From a virus: 64,000 bases of DNA. The notes beneath the pieces are model-generated. The model saw nothing but the letters and a program-made list of their open reading frames with translations, was not told the DNA's origin and searched no databases. The stretch lies in IMG/VR virus record IMGVR_UViG_3300010370_000027, one strand, 5' to 3'. Made by a program: the position numbers and the translations under genes. Below, piece by piece: positions 47,938 through 57,619 of this stretch. Numbering within the stretch: position 1 is the stretch's first letter; the number at the start of each line of letters is the position of its first letter.

Positions 47938-47991
47938 TGGTTAATGTGACCTCCTGATTCAGGAATATATGGTGGCAAATAAAAAAGTAAA

Positions 47992-49641
47992 CTACTTGAC
48001 GAAGGATGACCTAAATTCCTGCGGGAACATGTGAAGATTGCGAGAATAGAATCGATCCCAGTCCGCGTCTAGAATGTAGGAAACCGCATGATCTTTCTCG
48101 TTTCGGATGGATCGACCGAAAGCCTGGATTACTGACTTCGCTGTGGTGTATGGGTACCACATTTTGTCTTTCTCCATTCGCTTCTTGATCACGAGGTCAC
48201 CGAGGTATGGGAAGGGAACCTTGCACAGTATCTGAAACCGCGAGGCATCATCAGCGAGGTCGACGCCTTCCATCATCGAGGGAGACAGGAGTACAGTGGG
48301 TTCTGAAGAGTTCACGTGGAACTTAAGAATCTCATCGCGGTTGGCGGACTCGTGGGTGAGGAAACGATTTGTCTTCACGTTCTCCACGAGGTACTTCGCC
48401 ACCTTGTAGTTCGCGGTGTGAATGATTCCCTTCTCATTCGGATGTTTATCGAGGATCATCTTGACCGCCTCCGCCATGACCGGTAGGGTCTTGTCGATTG
48501 AATCCTTTCCCATTGATCCTACGGGGATGTAGTGGGCAGGTCTGTTCTCCACTGGGAAGGGTGATCCTATGCGGAGGTAGGCCACTTCTGCAGGATCCAG
48601 TCCAATCGACTTACAGAATACTTCGTGGTCCACCACAGTGGCACTCATCATCAGGGTGCGGGCACCGGACTTGAGGAATACCTTCTGAGAGTACGGTCCT
48701 AGATCTACAGGCTTGAACTCGAACTTTCGAGCGCCTCTCCGGTTACCCTCCTGAGGATAAGCCACGTTCATGACCCAGTTAGTAGGGTTATACACCTCGA
48801 TGAACTGATCGATCTTTCCCGTGTGTTTCTCCAGCATCTCGTACTGTTTAGAGAACTCGTTGTGGCCCTCAGAATCAGAAAGTTTCACGAGGTTCTTCTC
48901 AAGTTCACGAACGTACTTGTTTACTGCCTTGCGATAAGGTCCCTTCACCCATTCGAGGACGGCCTCTTGAGTATCTAGCTTGGGAATCTTACACTTGAGG
49001 ATGTCACGAGCAAACTTCTCAGAGAAACTCACCTCGATGAATTTACCCAGTTCCGTTTCTGTGTTGTGGCACTCATCCACCACTAGGAGAGATCTAGGAG
49101 TCAACTTTCCGGCGTACGTGGTCTCCGCCAGAAAATAAGAGAAATTCGTGATGGAGATGGGACACTCGATAAAGTCCTGTTTTTCTAGGGAGTACGTGCA
49201 CTCGTTCTTGCAGGTCTTCGCGAAGTCGGTTCCGGCAACCTGCTTGCCGAGCTTCTGTAGCAGGCGCTTAGACTCAGCGCAGGAGTTATCAGAGTAGTGC
49301 TTACACCGGTAGTTGGAGGAGGACTTGATGGTCCTGATGAGGTTCCTCCCTGACTGTGGCCCGAAGTCGTCCATGTACTGTTCCTGGAGTATCTTCTGTG
49401 TAGTGATCACGTAGGCTCCGGTGAGGGGCATTCCCTCCTCGTCCTTAACCACGGGAGCGTGGGCCTCCATGTAACGGGCAATACAGATACCGGTGGCAGA
49501 TTTGCCCGTGCCGGTTCCCATCTCTAGTAGAACTGCTTTCTTACCCGACTCGTATGCATCGAGTGCGAACTCAATCGCCTTGCGTTGTTCAGGACGGATC
49601 CTGTCAAATGGAAAATACCTCACGTAGTCATGTTTAGGCAT
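47992..49641 (-). CDS. DinG/Rad3(XPD)-family SF2 helicase
   Basis: RPEQ Q-motif, GTGTGKS, four Cys of the Fe-S domain, DECH, SAT, EGVDL, QAFGRSIR. Confidence 0.88.
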   Translation of the reverse strand: MPKHDYVRYFPFDRIRPEQRKAIEFALDAYESGKKAVLLEMGTGTGKSATGICIARYMEAHAPVVKDEEGMPLTGAYVITTQKILQEQYMDDFGPQSGRNLIRTIKSSSNYRCKHYSDNSCAESKRLLQKLGKQVAGTDFAKTCKNECTYSLEKQDFIECPISITNFSYFLAETTYAGKLTPRSLLVVDECHNTETELGKFIEVSFSEKFARDILKCKIPKLDTQEAVLEWVKGPYRKAVNKYVRELEKNLVKLSDSEGHNEFSKQYEMLEKHTGKIDQFIEVYNPTNWVMNVAYPQEGNRRGARKFEFKPVDLGPYSQKVFLKSGARTLMMSATVVDHEVFCKSIGLDPAEVAYLRIGSPFPVENRPAHYIPVGSMGKDSIDKTLPVMAEAVKMILDKHPNEKGIIHTANYKVAKYLVENVKTNRFLTHESANRDEILKFHVNSSEPTVLLSPSMMEGVDLADDASRFQILCKVPFPYLGDLVIKKRMEKDKMWYPYTTAKSVIQAFGRSIRNEKDHAVSYILDADWDRFYSRNLHMFPQEFRSSFVK

Positions 49642-49684
49642 GTTGGCCCAACATTATACCACGTGAGGCATACTTTGCATTATA

Positions 49685-50281
49685 TCAGTCACCAATGATC
49701 TTGTCGACAATACCAAGCTTAACAGCTTGGTCCGGAAGGAGGTAGAAGTCATGTCCAGACTTCATGATCTTTTCGATCTCAGTCTTTGAAGCCTTTGTTT
49801 CACGAACAATTGCATCAACCATCTGGTCCTGCATGCGCTTGTGCTCCTTAGACTCGTTAATGACCTCGAATACGTTACCTCCGACTCCTCCGGAGATGGG
49901 ATGGATCATCACACGAGCATTACGTCCAATCATCCTCTTACCCTTAGCTCCAGTGGCGAGAAGTAGAACTCCTGCACTCATAACTTTGCCAAGAGCAATG
50001 GTATGGACTGGGCACGGGAGAAACTTAATAGTGTCATAGAGAGTAAACATCTCGTCCACTGATCCGCCGTACGTAGAGATAACTAGATGGATAGGCTTAT
50101 GGTTTTGAGATGCTAAATGGAGTAACTGAGCTACCACGAGTGAGATCGATGCCTCATTGACATCTCCGTGGAGAACAACGAGGCGCTGCGAGTCTCCCAT
50201 TGCTATCCCCATCGTAGTAGAGGACTCTTCGCTGTTATTCTTAGAAATTTTTGCTGAATTTGTTACAGATCTTCCCATCAC
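49685..50281 (-). CDS. clpP: ATP-dependent Clp protease proteolytic subunit
   Basis: ISTYGGSV, YDTI, GKVMSAG (Ser), VMIHP (His), HDFYL (Asp), AVKLGIVDKI. Confidence 0.9.
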   Translation of the reverse strand: MMGRSVTNSAKISKNNSEESSTTMGIAMGDSQRLVVLHGDVNEASISLVVAQLLHLASQNHKPIHLVISTYGGSVDEMFTLYDTIKFLPCPVHTIALGKVMSAGVLLLATGAKGKRMIGRNARVMIHPISGGVGGNVFEVINESKEHKRMQDQMVDAIVRETKASKTEIEKIMKSGHDFYLLPDQAVKLGIVDKIIGD

Positions 50282-50526
50282 TCGTCTCCTTCGCTTGCGC
50301 CGTAGATTCTGGAGATGAAAAGGTCTTTACCCTTAGTCTCCTTGACATAGCCTGTTAGTTCTTTCATTTCGTCCACGTTCTCTAGTTCAAGAGCCAAGTA
50401 GTAAATCACTAGCCATCTCTGGCGATCGTTTATGCCAAATTGGTTTATCTCTCTAACGATTTCGTGTGCTACTTTATTGTCAGCTGCGAGTTTTTCAGAC
50501 TCGAGTTGTCCATATATTTCTGACAT
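50278..50526 (-). CDS. Hypothetical protein
   Basis: 82 aa, coupled to clpP. Confidence 0.6.
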   Translation of the reverse strand: MSEIYGQLESEKLAADNKVAHEIVREINQFGINDRQRWLVIYYLALELENVDEMKELTGYVKETKGKDLFISRIYGASEGDE

Positions 50527-50528
50527 GC

Positions 50529-51002
50529 TTACTCCGATGGAACTGCTACTTCTTCTCGGGAAAATGACTCCACCTTGAAGAAGGTCTCACTCATGATCCT
50601 AACATACTTTCCTTGCTTTGTACCAGACTCTTCTTCTTGAGCTAGGATAACAAAGTTTCCCCATTCTTTATTTTCAAGTATAAACTGAGCAGATTCCCAG
50701 GTCGCAATATCAACATTATTTCTCTCTAGTATGTCTGCAAGGTTAGCAGGCAGAGAGAGTTTAATGTCTTCTATTTTAACGATGGATCCCATCGCTTCTT
50801 TTCCAGAAAGTATCTCAGAGGTACAAATGTCAATTACTTTGTGAATTATTCCACAGTTATTGCACTGAGAGTATTTAGGCTTGACAGAGTTATCATCAGA
50901 AATAACTGAAAATACGACAAATTGATGGGCAGGAGGATTTACAACCCCTTTAAATTGGGGGAGTACACACCTGCACTTGACAAGATGTCTTTGTCCTCTC
51001 AT
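50529..51002 (-). CDS. Cys-rich putative zinc-binding protein
   Basis: CRC...CNNCG..H...C. Confidence 0.6.
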   Translation of the reverse strand: MRGQRHLVKCRCVLPQFKGVVNPPAHQFVVFSVISDDNSVKPKYSQCNNCGIIHKVIDICTSEILSGKEAMGSIVKIEDIKLSLPANLADILERNNVDIATWESAQFILENKEWGNFVILAQEEESGTKQGKYVRIMSETFFKVESFSREEVAVPSE

Positions 51003-51235
51003 CAGAGATGCTTCTTGATAGTATTCTGATAGTAAGGAAGCGCCTTTTGGTATCCTTCATCAAGAGAAATATTTATAAGATTCAATAGCTTTTCAACCTG
51101 AGCAGGCTCTAAGTTGATCTCTTTATTTGCTACCAAAGAAACCAAATTTGAGTTAATTGAATCCTTGGCGCTCTCGATAAGAATCTTTGAATCTTTTGAA
51201 ATTTTATCAATGCTGTTCATGATTTTTTTATACAC
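51002..51235 (-). CDS. Hypothetical protein
   Basis: 77 aa in operon. Confidence 0.55.
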   Translation of the reverse strand: MYKKIMNSIDKISKDSKILIESAKDSINSNLVSLVANKEINLEPAQVEKLLNLINISLDEGYQKALPYYQNTIKKHL

Positions 51236-51244
51236 AAGTAAGGT

Positions 51245-52378
51245 CTAAAGTAAAAGTTTTGCAGAATTTTCAAAATTATCCTGAAAAGATCTGTAAAAAA
51301 ATTTTGAAGTCTCGTAAGGATCATATGTGTTGTTCATGACAGAAGAAATTATCCTTATGCCTTCATCGATCTGGCTTGACCTAGAATAGTAATTGATGTC
51401 ATCTGGTATGCAGATGTCTACACAAGAAGAGGAAAGAGATCTTACTCTTTTGTACAGAAGAGAAGATATCTCAGGTCTTTCCTCTGCTGTTTTTCTTAGA
51501 TTCCTGACGTGATTTTTTATAGAGGCTGTGTGAAAGTTAGATTTTGCTCTGACAGACAAATTTGAAAATGTACAGCTCTTCAATTCTCCGAGATCTTCTG
51601 GTTTGATTGTGGAGATTAGATTTCCTTTTGTAGTTGAAACTACGTCGTTTCCTGACGCAATTGCAACATCTACAAGGGTATTCACACTTTCTACGTCAAA
51701 CGGACTTCTATACGGAAAAACAGAGAGTGTCTTTCTATCGTTATTTACCTTGATGGTATTTAGAACATCATTTGACATACCGCGAGATACCAAAAGGCAT
51801 GTCCTTCCAGATTCAGAAAGATAGCTTAGCAGATGATGAATCTCAGAAATGCTTTCAATATAACCGTCTATGCAAGCAACTTTTACGTTGAAAGATTCTT
51901 GATTTTTAAGATTTAGCAAAGACGTTATGTCGAAATTGTAACCCTCTGAAAGCTCAACGTAAGAGTTACTTGTTGAAGACTTCTTCAACAAAATTCTAGT
52001 ATTAGATGAAGACAAGTTCATTGCCTCTTCCAATAAGTCGACTACAACGTTCGAATAATTCCTATCTTTTAGAATTTTTATAACTGATTTTTTGTCTCTT
52101 GGTATTCTGTGGAGCGTTGGGTCTACAGAAAAACCACAAAACATCTTTAGAAATAAAGAACCGGAAAGCGGACACTTAGTTTCTGCTTGAAAAGCATAGC
52201 TCAAAAGACTGTCTAAGACAATTTTTGTAGATTTCTCTTTAGGATTTAGACAAGACAAGTGTTGAAAATTTCTTCTAGTTCGTATCTCTTTAGAGAGTAG
52301 ATCTAAAGAAAGATTTACTTCTAAATTTTCTCTAACTATGTCTTTTACCTTCGACAAGGTTTCATCTTGAAGTAACAC
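51245..52378 (-). CDS. Divergent GroEL/chaperonin-derived protein (apical domain kept, ATP-binding motif absent)
   Basis: ELSEGYNFD~VVEGMQFD; DGYIESISEIHHLL~DKKISNIREMLPVL; LVDVAIASG~LQDIATLTG; PEDLG~LEDLG; KRVRSL~ERVAKL; no GDGTTT. Confidence 0.65.
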   Translation of the reverse strand: MLLQDETLSKVKDIVRENLEVNLSLDLLSKEIRTRRNFQHLSCLNPKEKSTKIVLDSLLSYAFQAETKCPLSGSLFLKMFCGFSVDPTLHRIPRDKKSVIKILKDRNYSNVVVDLLEEAMNLSSSNTRILLKKSSTSNSYVELSEGYNFDITSLLNLKNQESFNVKVACIDGYIESISEIHHLLSYLSESGRTCLLVSRGMSNDVLNTIKVNNDRKTLSVFPYRSPFDVESVNTLVDVAIASGNDVVSTTKGNLISTIKPEDLGELKSCTFSNLSVRAKSNFHTASIKNHVRNLRKTAEERPEISSLLYKRVRSLSSSCVDICIPDDINYYSRSSQIDEGIRIISSVMNNTYDPYETSKFFYRSFQDNFENSAKLLL

Positions 52379-52384
52379 ATCAAG

Positions 52385-52414
52385 ATTCTAACAACTTATA
52401 CTTGTTTTGGTCAA
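52385..52414 (-). promoter_or_regulatory. Sigma70-like promoter TTGACC-N18-TAGAAT, 6 nt before GTG start
   Basis: Near-consensus hexamers directly upstream of the GroEL-like/ClpP operon. Confidence 0.55.
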
Positions 52415-52932
52415 TTAAATCTCTTTTGAGCCCAATCAAAAATAAAAGTAACTAGAGCTCCTCCCACAGCAACAAAGAGCCAGCGAAGTATTGACCAGGC
52501 TGCTTCTTTGCTCTTTGAAAGAGAATTAACAGAGTTCTCAAGAACAGCAATTTTTTTAGTTGCAATTTCCACTGCTCTGTCATCTCTCATATCGTCTCTT
52601 TCAGAGTGAATCTTCCAGACTTGAAGTTCTGTTATTTTTTGTTTAACGTCGTTTACTTCATTCGTATTGTTAAGTCTGTACTCTGAGAGTTTAGAAAAAA
52701 TACCATCCTGAGGATCATAGATTGCTTCGTGTATCTTGTCAACCTTTGTAACCAGGTTACCTTGACTTTGTTCAATCTTGTCGATCTTAAATAAAAGAGT
52801 GTCAAATCCACCGTTCAGAGCTGCACTACTAGCAAGCTTTTTCTGAATCTCACTGAGAGTTTGCTTATGATTTGTAGAAGAACTGTTTGTAGATACAGGA
52901 TTCTTCGCAGTTGATTTTTTCTTCATATACAT
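52411..52932 (-). CDS. Coiled-coil protein with a single C-terminal transmembrane helix
   Basis: WSILRWLFVAVGGALVTFIFDW hydrophobic segment; AGGGAG RBS. Confidence 0.6.
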   Translation of the reverse strand: MYMKKKSTAKNPVSTNSSSTNHKQTLSEIQKKLASSAALNGGFDTLLFKIDKIEQSQGNLVTKVDKIHEAIYDPQDGIFSKLSEYRLNNTNEVNDVKQKITELQVWKIHSERDDMRDDRAVEIATKKIAVLENSVNSLSKSKEAAWSILRWLFVAVGGALVTFIFDWAQKRFN

Positions 52933-53001
52933 TTCTCCCTGGGACAGTAATTTCTATCTCTGTTAAATAGAAATAAATTTAGAAATTTGAGAAATGAAAT
53001 T

Positions 53002-54909
53002 ATGAATTTTAAAGATCAGATCTTTATAAATCCAAATAAACTAATCAGAGATGATACAGAAGTAGTATTTGTAGCTGATCTATTTGAAGAAGATTACGCT
53101 GGTGGTGCAGAGATGACATCGGAAGCGATAATTCAAAGATCACCCTACAAGATTCAAAAGATCTACGCAAAAGATGTCAATCTTTCAGTATTGAATCAAG
53201 GACTTAAAAAGTTCTGGTTATTTGGTAACTTTTCTCAAATGAACCCAGAGCTAATTCCAAGCATCGTTGCAAATCTCAAATATTCTATTCTTGAGTACGA
53301 CTACAAGTATTGTAAGTTTAGATCTCCCGAGAAACATCAGGTTTCTACAGGACTTCTTTGCGACTGTCACAATCAGATGAATGGAAAACTGATATCAGCT
53401 TTCTACTACGGCGCTCAGTCTATGTGGTGGATGTCAGAGAAGCAAAAAGAAAGATATCACACTCTTTTTCCTTTTCTTGCTGAAAAAGACAACATCGTTT
53501 TATCTTCTGTATTCTCCAGAAAAACTCTTGGAATTCTTAAACTTTTGAGAGAGACTATCAAAGAAGATGAACGTAATGGTTGGATTGTTTTGGGATCTCA
53601 GTCGTGGGTAAAAGGATTTGAGGCAGCAAAGACTTGGTGTGAAGAAAATAAGAAAAACTATGAAATAGTTTGGGATGTTCCTTATGAACAGCTCTTGGCA
53701 AAAATGGCTGCGGCAGAAGGATTTGTCTACTTGCCTTCAGGCGGAGACACATGTCCAAGAATGGTCATAGAAGCAAAACTTTTGGGATGCAAACTTCATA
53801 TTAATGAAAACGTTCAGCACAAAGATGAAACATGGTTTGCAACAGATGATTTGGATTCGATCGAAGAGTACCTAAGTGTATCACCAGATCTTTTCTGGAA
53901 AGCGATAACTAAAATTATGAACAAGAAGCCTACGATTAGTGGTTACATCACTACTTATAACTGTGAAAAGCAGGGATACCCATACGAGCAATCTATCAAA
54001 TCCATGCTTGGATTTTGTGACGAAGTTTGTGTTGTAGACGGCGGTAGCACTGACGGAACTCTAGAAAATCTCGAGAAGATCTCCAGACAAGATCCTCGTC
54101 TAAAAGTAAAAAAGGTACAAAGAGACTGGTCTCACCCAAGACATGCTGTTTTTGACGGTATGCAGAAGGCAGAAGCAAGATCTATGTGCACGTCTGAATT
54201 TTGCTGGCAGATGGACTCTGACGAAGTTGTTCACGAAGAAGATTATCAAAAGATTGTAGACCTCTGTAGCAAATTCCCCGCCAATGTAGAAATTCTTTCA
54301 CTTCCAGTCATAGAATACTGGGGAGGACCAGAAAAGGTTCGAGCAGACATTCAGCCCTGGAAATGGAGACTGAGTAGAAATCTTCCTCATATCACGCACG
54401 GAATACCCTCACACTTGAGGAGAGAAGATAAACTAGGTGTTTATGCTTTGCAAGGTACCGATGGCTGTGACATGATTCACAAGGTAACCGGAGAAATTAT
54501 CAATCATTTGACTTTTCATACGGAGGAGTCAGAAAGAGTAAGAATTGCTGCTGTCTCTGGAAATTTGGAGGCAATCTCTGTTTATCAAGACTGGTTCAAC
54601 AGAGTTGTTGAAAATATACCTGGTGTTCATCACTATTCTTGGTATAACATGTCAAGAAAAATGAGACTCTATAGAGACTACTGGACACGTCATTGGAATT
54701 CTCTTTTTAATGGTTCTCTTGAAGACACATCTTCAACGAATATGATGTTTGACGTGCCTTGGTCAGAAGTCACCGAAGAAATGATAGAAGAAAGAGCAAA
54801 ATTACTCACTGAAAAAACAGGCGGATGGATTTGGCATAGAAAGTGGGATGGTCGATCAACACCACACATTGTTGTAAAAAAGACGCAACCAAAGATAATG
54901 TCAAGCTAG
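53002..54909 (+). CDS. Two-domain glycosyltransferase (GT-B/GT4-like plus GT-A/GT2)
   Basis: N-half GGAE...DTCPRMVIEAKLLGC; C-half ITTYN...VVDGGSTDGT...MDSDE; ATG start at 53002 (track start 52987). Confidence 0.8.
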   Translation: MNFKDQIFINPNKLIRDDTEVVFVADLFEEDYAGGAEMTSEAIIQRSPYKIQKIYAKDVNLSVLNQGLKKFWLFGNFSQMNPELIPSIVANLKYSILEYDYKYCKFRSPEKHQVSTGLLCDCHNQMNGKLISAFYYGAQSMWWMSEKQKERYHTLFPFLAEKDNIVLSSVFSRKTLGILKLLRETIKEDERNGWIVLGSQSWVKGFEAAKTWCEENKKNYEIVWDVPYEQLLAKMAAAEGFVYLPSGGDTCPRMVIEAKLLGCKLHINENVQHKDETWFATDDLDSIEEYLSVSPDLFWKAITKIMNKKPTISGYITTYNCEKQGYPYEQSIKSMLGFCDEVCVVDGGSTDGTLENLEKISRQDPRLKVKKVQRDWSHPRHAVFDGMQKAEARSMCTSEFCWQMDSDEVVHEEDYQKIVDLCSKFPANVEILSLPVIEYWGGPEKVRADIQPWKWRLSRNLPHITHGIPSHLRREDKLGVYALQGTDGCDMIHKVTGEIINHLTFHTEESERVRIAAVSGNLEAISVYQDWFNRVVENIPGVHHYSWYNMSRKMRLYRDYWTRHWNSLFNGSLEDTSSTNMMFDVPWSEVTEEMIEERAKLLTEKTGGWIWHRKWDGRSTPHIVVKKTQPKIMSS

Positions 54910-54924
54910 AAAGTCTAAAAAGAA

Positions 54925-55638
54925 ATGAAGATTATCGACATAAGAAAAAAGCTGATTGATCTAGGGACTTCTGTAGAGAATGTTGCTCTAGGAGATTTCG
55001 ATATAATTGGAAGATTTACTGCTGAAAGAAGTAGAGGTCAAGAAAGTGAGCTCTATAGAAAAGTCGGTGCTTTCTATAGATCAAATTACGAGAGAGGAAT
55101 TCTAATAAGCGAGCTTATCAAGAAATACAAGATAGAGTCAATGCTTGAGATAGGATTCGGAAGAGGATATTCAACTTTTTGCGCAGCAAAAGCTTTTAGC
55201 GATGCGGGAATAAAGGGAAGAATTGTAACGGTTGACCCTAACTTCGATGAGAATCACATAAGAAACTTACAGTCTGTATTCCCTTCAAGCTGGTTTGATT
55301 GCATTACTTTCATGAAGGGTACTTCCACTCAAGCACTCCCGCAAATCAATGAGAAATTTGATCTTGTCTATATCGATGGAGATCATTCGTATGAAGGGAC
55401 TAAATTTGACTGGGAGATGACTAAGGACAAGTGGAACAAGTGCATATTGTTCGACGACTATCATATGCCCACAAAAAATGATCCCGGCATACAATGCAGA
55501 GATCTAATAGACAGTATTGAAGATGCTACAAAAGAGCTGATCATAATGGATAGAAGAATATTCTTCGACGACCGAAGAATACCGGACGATCAAGTCGATT
55601 ATGGTCAAGTTTTGATGACAAAACCGGAGCTACTATGA
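54925..55638 (+). CDS. Class I SAM-dependent methyltransferase (Methyltransf_24-like)
   Basis: LEIGFGRGYST, VTVDP, FDLVYIDGDHSYEG, LFDDY. Confidence 0.85.
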   Translation: MKIIDIRKKLIDLGTSVENVALGDFDIIGRFTAERSRGQESELYRKVGAFYRSNYERGILISELIKKYKIESMLEIGFGRGYSTFCAAKAFSDAGIKGRIVTVDPNFDENHIRNLQSVFPSSWFDCITFMKGTSTQALPQINEKFDLVYIDGDHSYEGTKFDWEMTKDKWNKCILFDDYHMPTKNDPGIQCRDLIDSIEDATKELIIMDRRIFFDDRRIPDDQVDYGQVLMTKPELL

Positions 55639-56360
55639 AGTCTAACAACTTCGTTTTTGTAGCACCGATGTTCAATGCATCGGAAACTCTACCTAGAATG
55701 ATGCACTCCTTGTATGGTCAGTCTTACGATAACTGGAGATTGGTACTAATAGATGATGTATCTAACAAGGATCATAGCGAAGCTGCAAAAGAAACAGTCA
55801 GAAAATTCGAAGAATTAAAACCAGGTAAAACAACAGCCATTTGGAACGACACTAAAGAATGGGAAGTCTCTAATGTTCTAAAAGGAATATCGATGTGTAA
55901 TGATGAAGACATAGTCTGCAGAATAGATGCGGATGATTGGCTTACAGACTTAGACGGTCTTGCTATCATCAATTACACTTACGAGAACACAAAGTGTGAC
56001 ATTGCCTGGACTGCACATCGATGGAGTTTTTCAGATAAGAACATTAGCGGACCAATGTCAAATGATGCAGATCCTTATTCTCACCCGTGGGTATCAAGTC
56101 ATCTAAAAACATTTAGAAAGAAACTTTTAAGAGACGTTAAGGACGAAAACTTTAGGGGCGAAGACGGAAATTACATAAGGCGAGCAGGTGATCAGGCAAT
56201 TTATTTGCCCGCCTTAAGAAATTCTAGCAATAGAGTTTTTATTCCAAGAGTAATGTATCACTACACGATTAAAGACGTTCCTGAAACTTATCAGACTGAT
56301 GATGCAAGGTTTCAAAGAGACGAAGCTGTCTTCCTAAGAAGCAGAGGCTACGTAGAATGA
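55635..56360 (+). CDS. Glycosyltransferase family 2
   Basis: APMFNA...LIDDVS...IDADD. Confidence 0.85.
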   Translation: MKSNNFVFVAPMFNASETLPRMMHSLYGQSYDNWRLVLIDDVSNKDHSEAAKETVRKFEELKPGKTTAIWNDTKEWEVSNVLKGISMCNDEDIVCRIDADDWLTDLDGLAIINYTYENTKCDIAWTAHRWSFSDKNISGPMSNDADPYSHPWVSSHLKTFRKKLLRDVKDENFRGEDGNYIRRAGDQAIYLPALRNSSNRVFIPRVMYHYTIKDVPETYQTDDARFQRDEAVFLRSRGYVE

Positions 56361-57262
56361 AAGTCTACATAAACAGAAAGCCTGTTGTTGGTCCATGGGG
56401 AGGTGGAAATATGTGGGTACAATCTATGTACAGCATTCTTCCAAGCCTTGGAATATCTCTTGTAGAGATATCGGAATCACCAGATGTTATTTTAATCGCA
56501 GGAATAGGCAGAGAAGGCAACTGTATATCAGCTGATGAAGCGATTAGATACAAAGAAATGTCAGCATCTCATGGAAGAAACGTAAGACTTGTCATGAGGG
56601 TAAACGAGAATGACGCAAGAAAATCTACTACAGGTGTAGATGATTCAATAAGAAGAATTGCAAGACATTGTGATCACGTAGTTTTCGTTTCCAGATGGCT
56701 ATACGATTACTTTCAAGCAGAAAGCCTGGGTGAAAAAGCCTCCTATATCTACAACGGTGTCGACAGTCAAATCTATAGAGAATCACCAAAATTACAGAAT
56801 GAAAAGATAAACATTGTGACACATCACTGGTCCGACAATGTTATGAAAGGATTTGACATCTATGATTTAATAGATGAGTGGACTTTAAAGAATCAGGACT
56901 TTACTTTCACATACATCGGCAGAGAAAGAGGAACTTTCAAGAATGCTAAAGTTGTAAAGCCTTTATTTGGAAAAGAGCTAGGAGAAGAACTTGGTAAATA
57001 CGATGTTTATGTATCTGCTTCAAGATTTGATCCTGGTCCCAATCACATCATAGAATCTATATCTTGCGGATTACCAACTTATGTTCACAAAGATGGCGGT
57101 GGATGCGTGGAATTTGCAGGTCAAGATCACGTATACCAAGACGTCAATCAGCTATTAAACATCTTGTCAAGCAAATCATATTCTAAGAACACTTGTTGGC
57201 TACCTAAGAATTGGGAAGCTTGTGTAAAAAGTTTCTATGAAGTTTTAAAGAAAGTGAATTGA
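56357..57262 (+). CDS. Glycosyltransferase family 4-like (GT-B)
   Basis: GGG N-motif, FVSRW, IYNGVD, KGFD, DPGPNHIIESISCGLP. Confidence 0.85.
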   Translation: MKVYINRKPVVGPWGGGNMWVQSMYSILPSLGISLVEISESPDVILIAGIGREGNCISADEAIRYKEMSASHGRNVRLVMRVNENDARKSTTGVDDSIRRIARHCDHVVFVSRWLYDYFQAESLGEKASYIYNGVDSQIYRESPKLQNEKINIVTHHWSDNVMKGFDIYDLIDEWTLKNQDFTFTYIGRERGTFKNAKVVKPLFGKELGEELGKYDVYVSASRFDPGPNHIIESISCGLPTYVHKDGGGCVEFAGQDHVYQDVNQLLNILSSKSYSKNTCWLPKNWEACVKSFYEVLKKVN

Positions 57263-57619
57263 ATGAAAAGCATACACGAAGCAGTTACTAAACTTTTAAA
57301 TGATAGACTTCAAAGAAGGCTAGAGCAGAAATTTGATAAGTCTACGTGTATGGAAATTTATGGAGACATTTTTTACACCATATCTGAACTTGTCAAAGAG
57401 ACACAAACTCCACTTAGCAATGAATCGGTCAATCTTCTTTCTCAGATGTATTATGACAGCGTAACAGTTAACGGAAACCAGGAGTTAGATCCCTCAATCT
57501 TCACGAAGCGAGCAACAACGACTGAAATACCGACAAAAGAGTTGGCTTTGTTGGCAACTATGATGAATGGAACGGTATTCGGTGATGTGTTCATTTCTGC
57601 TGTCAAGAGAAGATCATGA
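57263..57619 (+). CDS. Hypothetical protein within glycan operon
   Basis: 118 aa, coupled to both neighbours. Confidence 0.6.
   Translation: MKSIHEAVTKLLNDRLQRRLEQKFDKSTCMEIYGDIFYTISELVKETQTPLSNESVNLLSQMYYDSVTVNGNQELDPSIFTKRATTTEIPTKELALLATMMNGTVFGDVFISAVKRRS

Noticed and set aside
52411-52932. Holin assignment
   Set aside because: A single C-terminal transmembrane helix is compatible, but there is no adjacent endolysin and no recognisable family motif.
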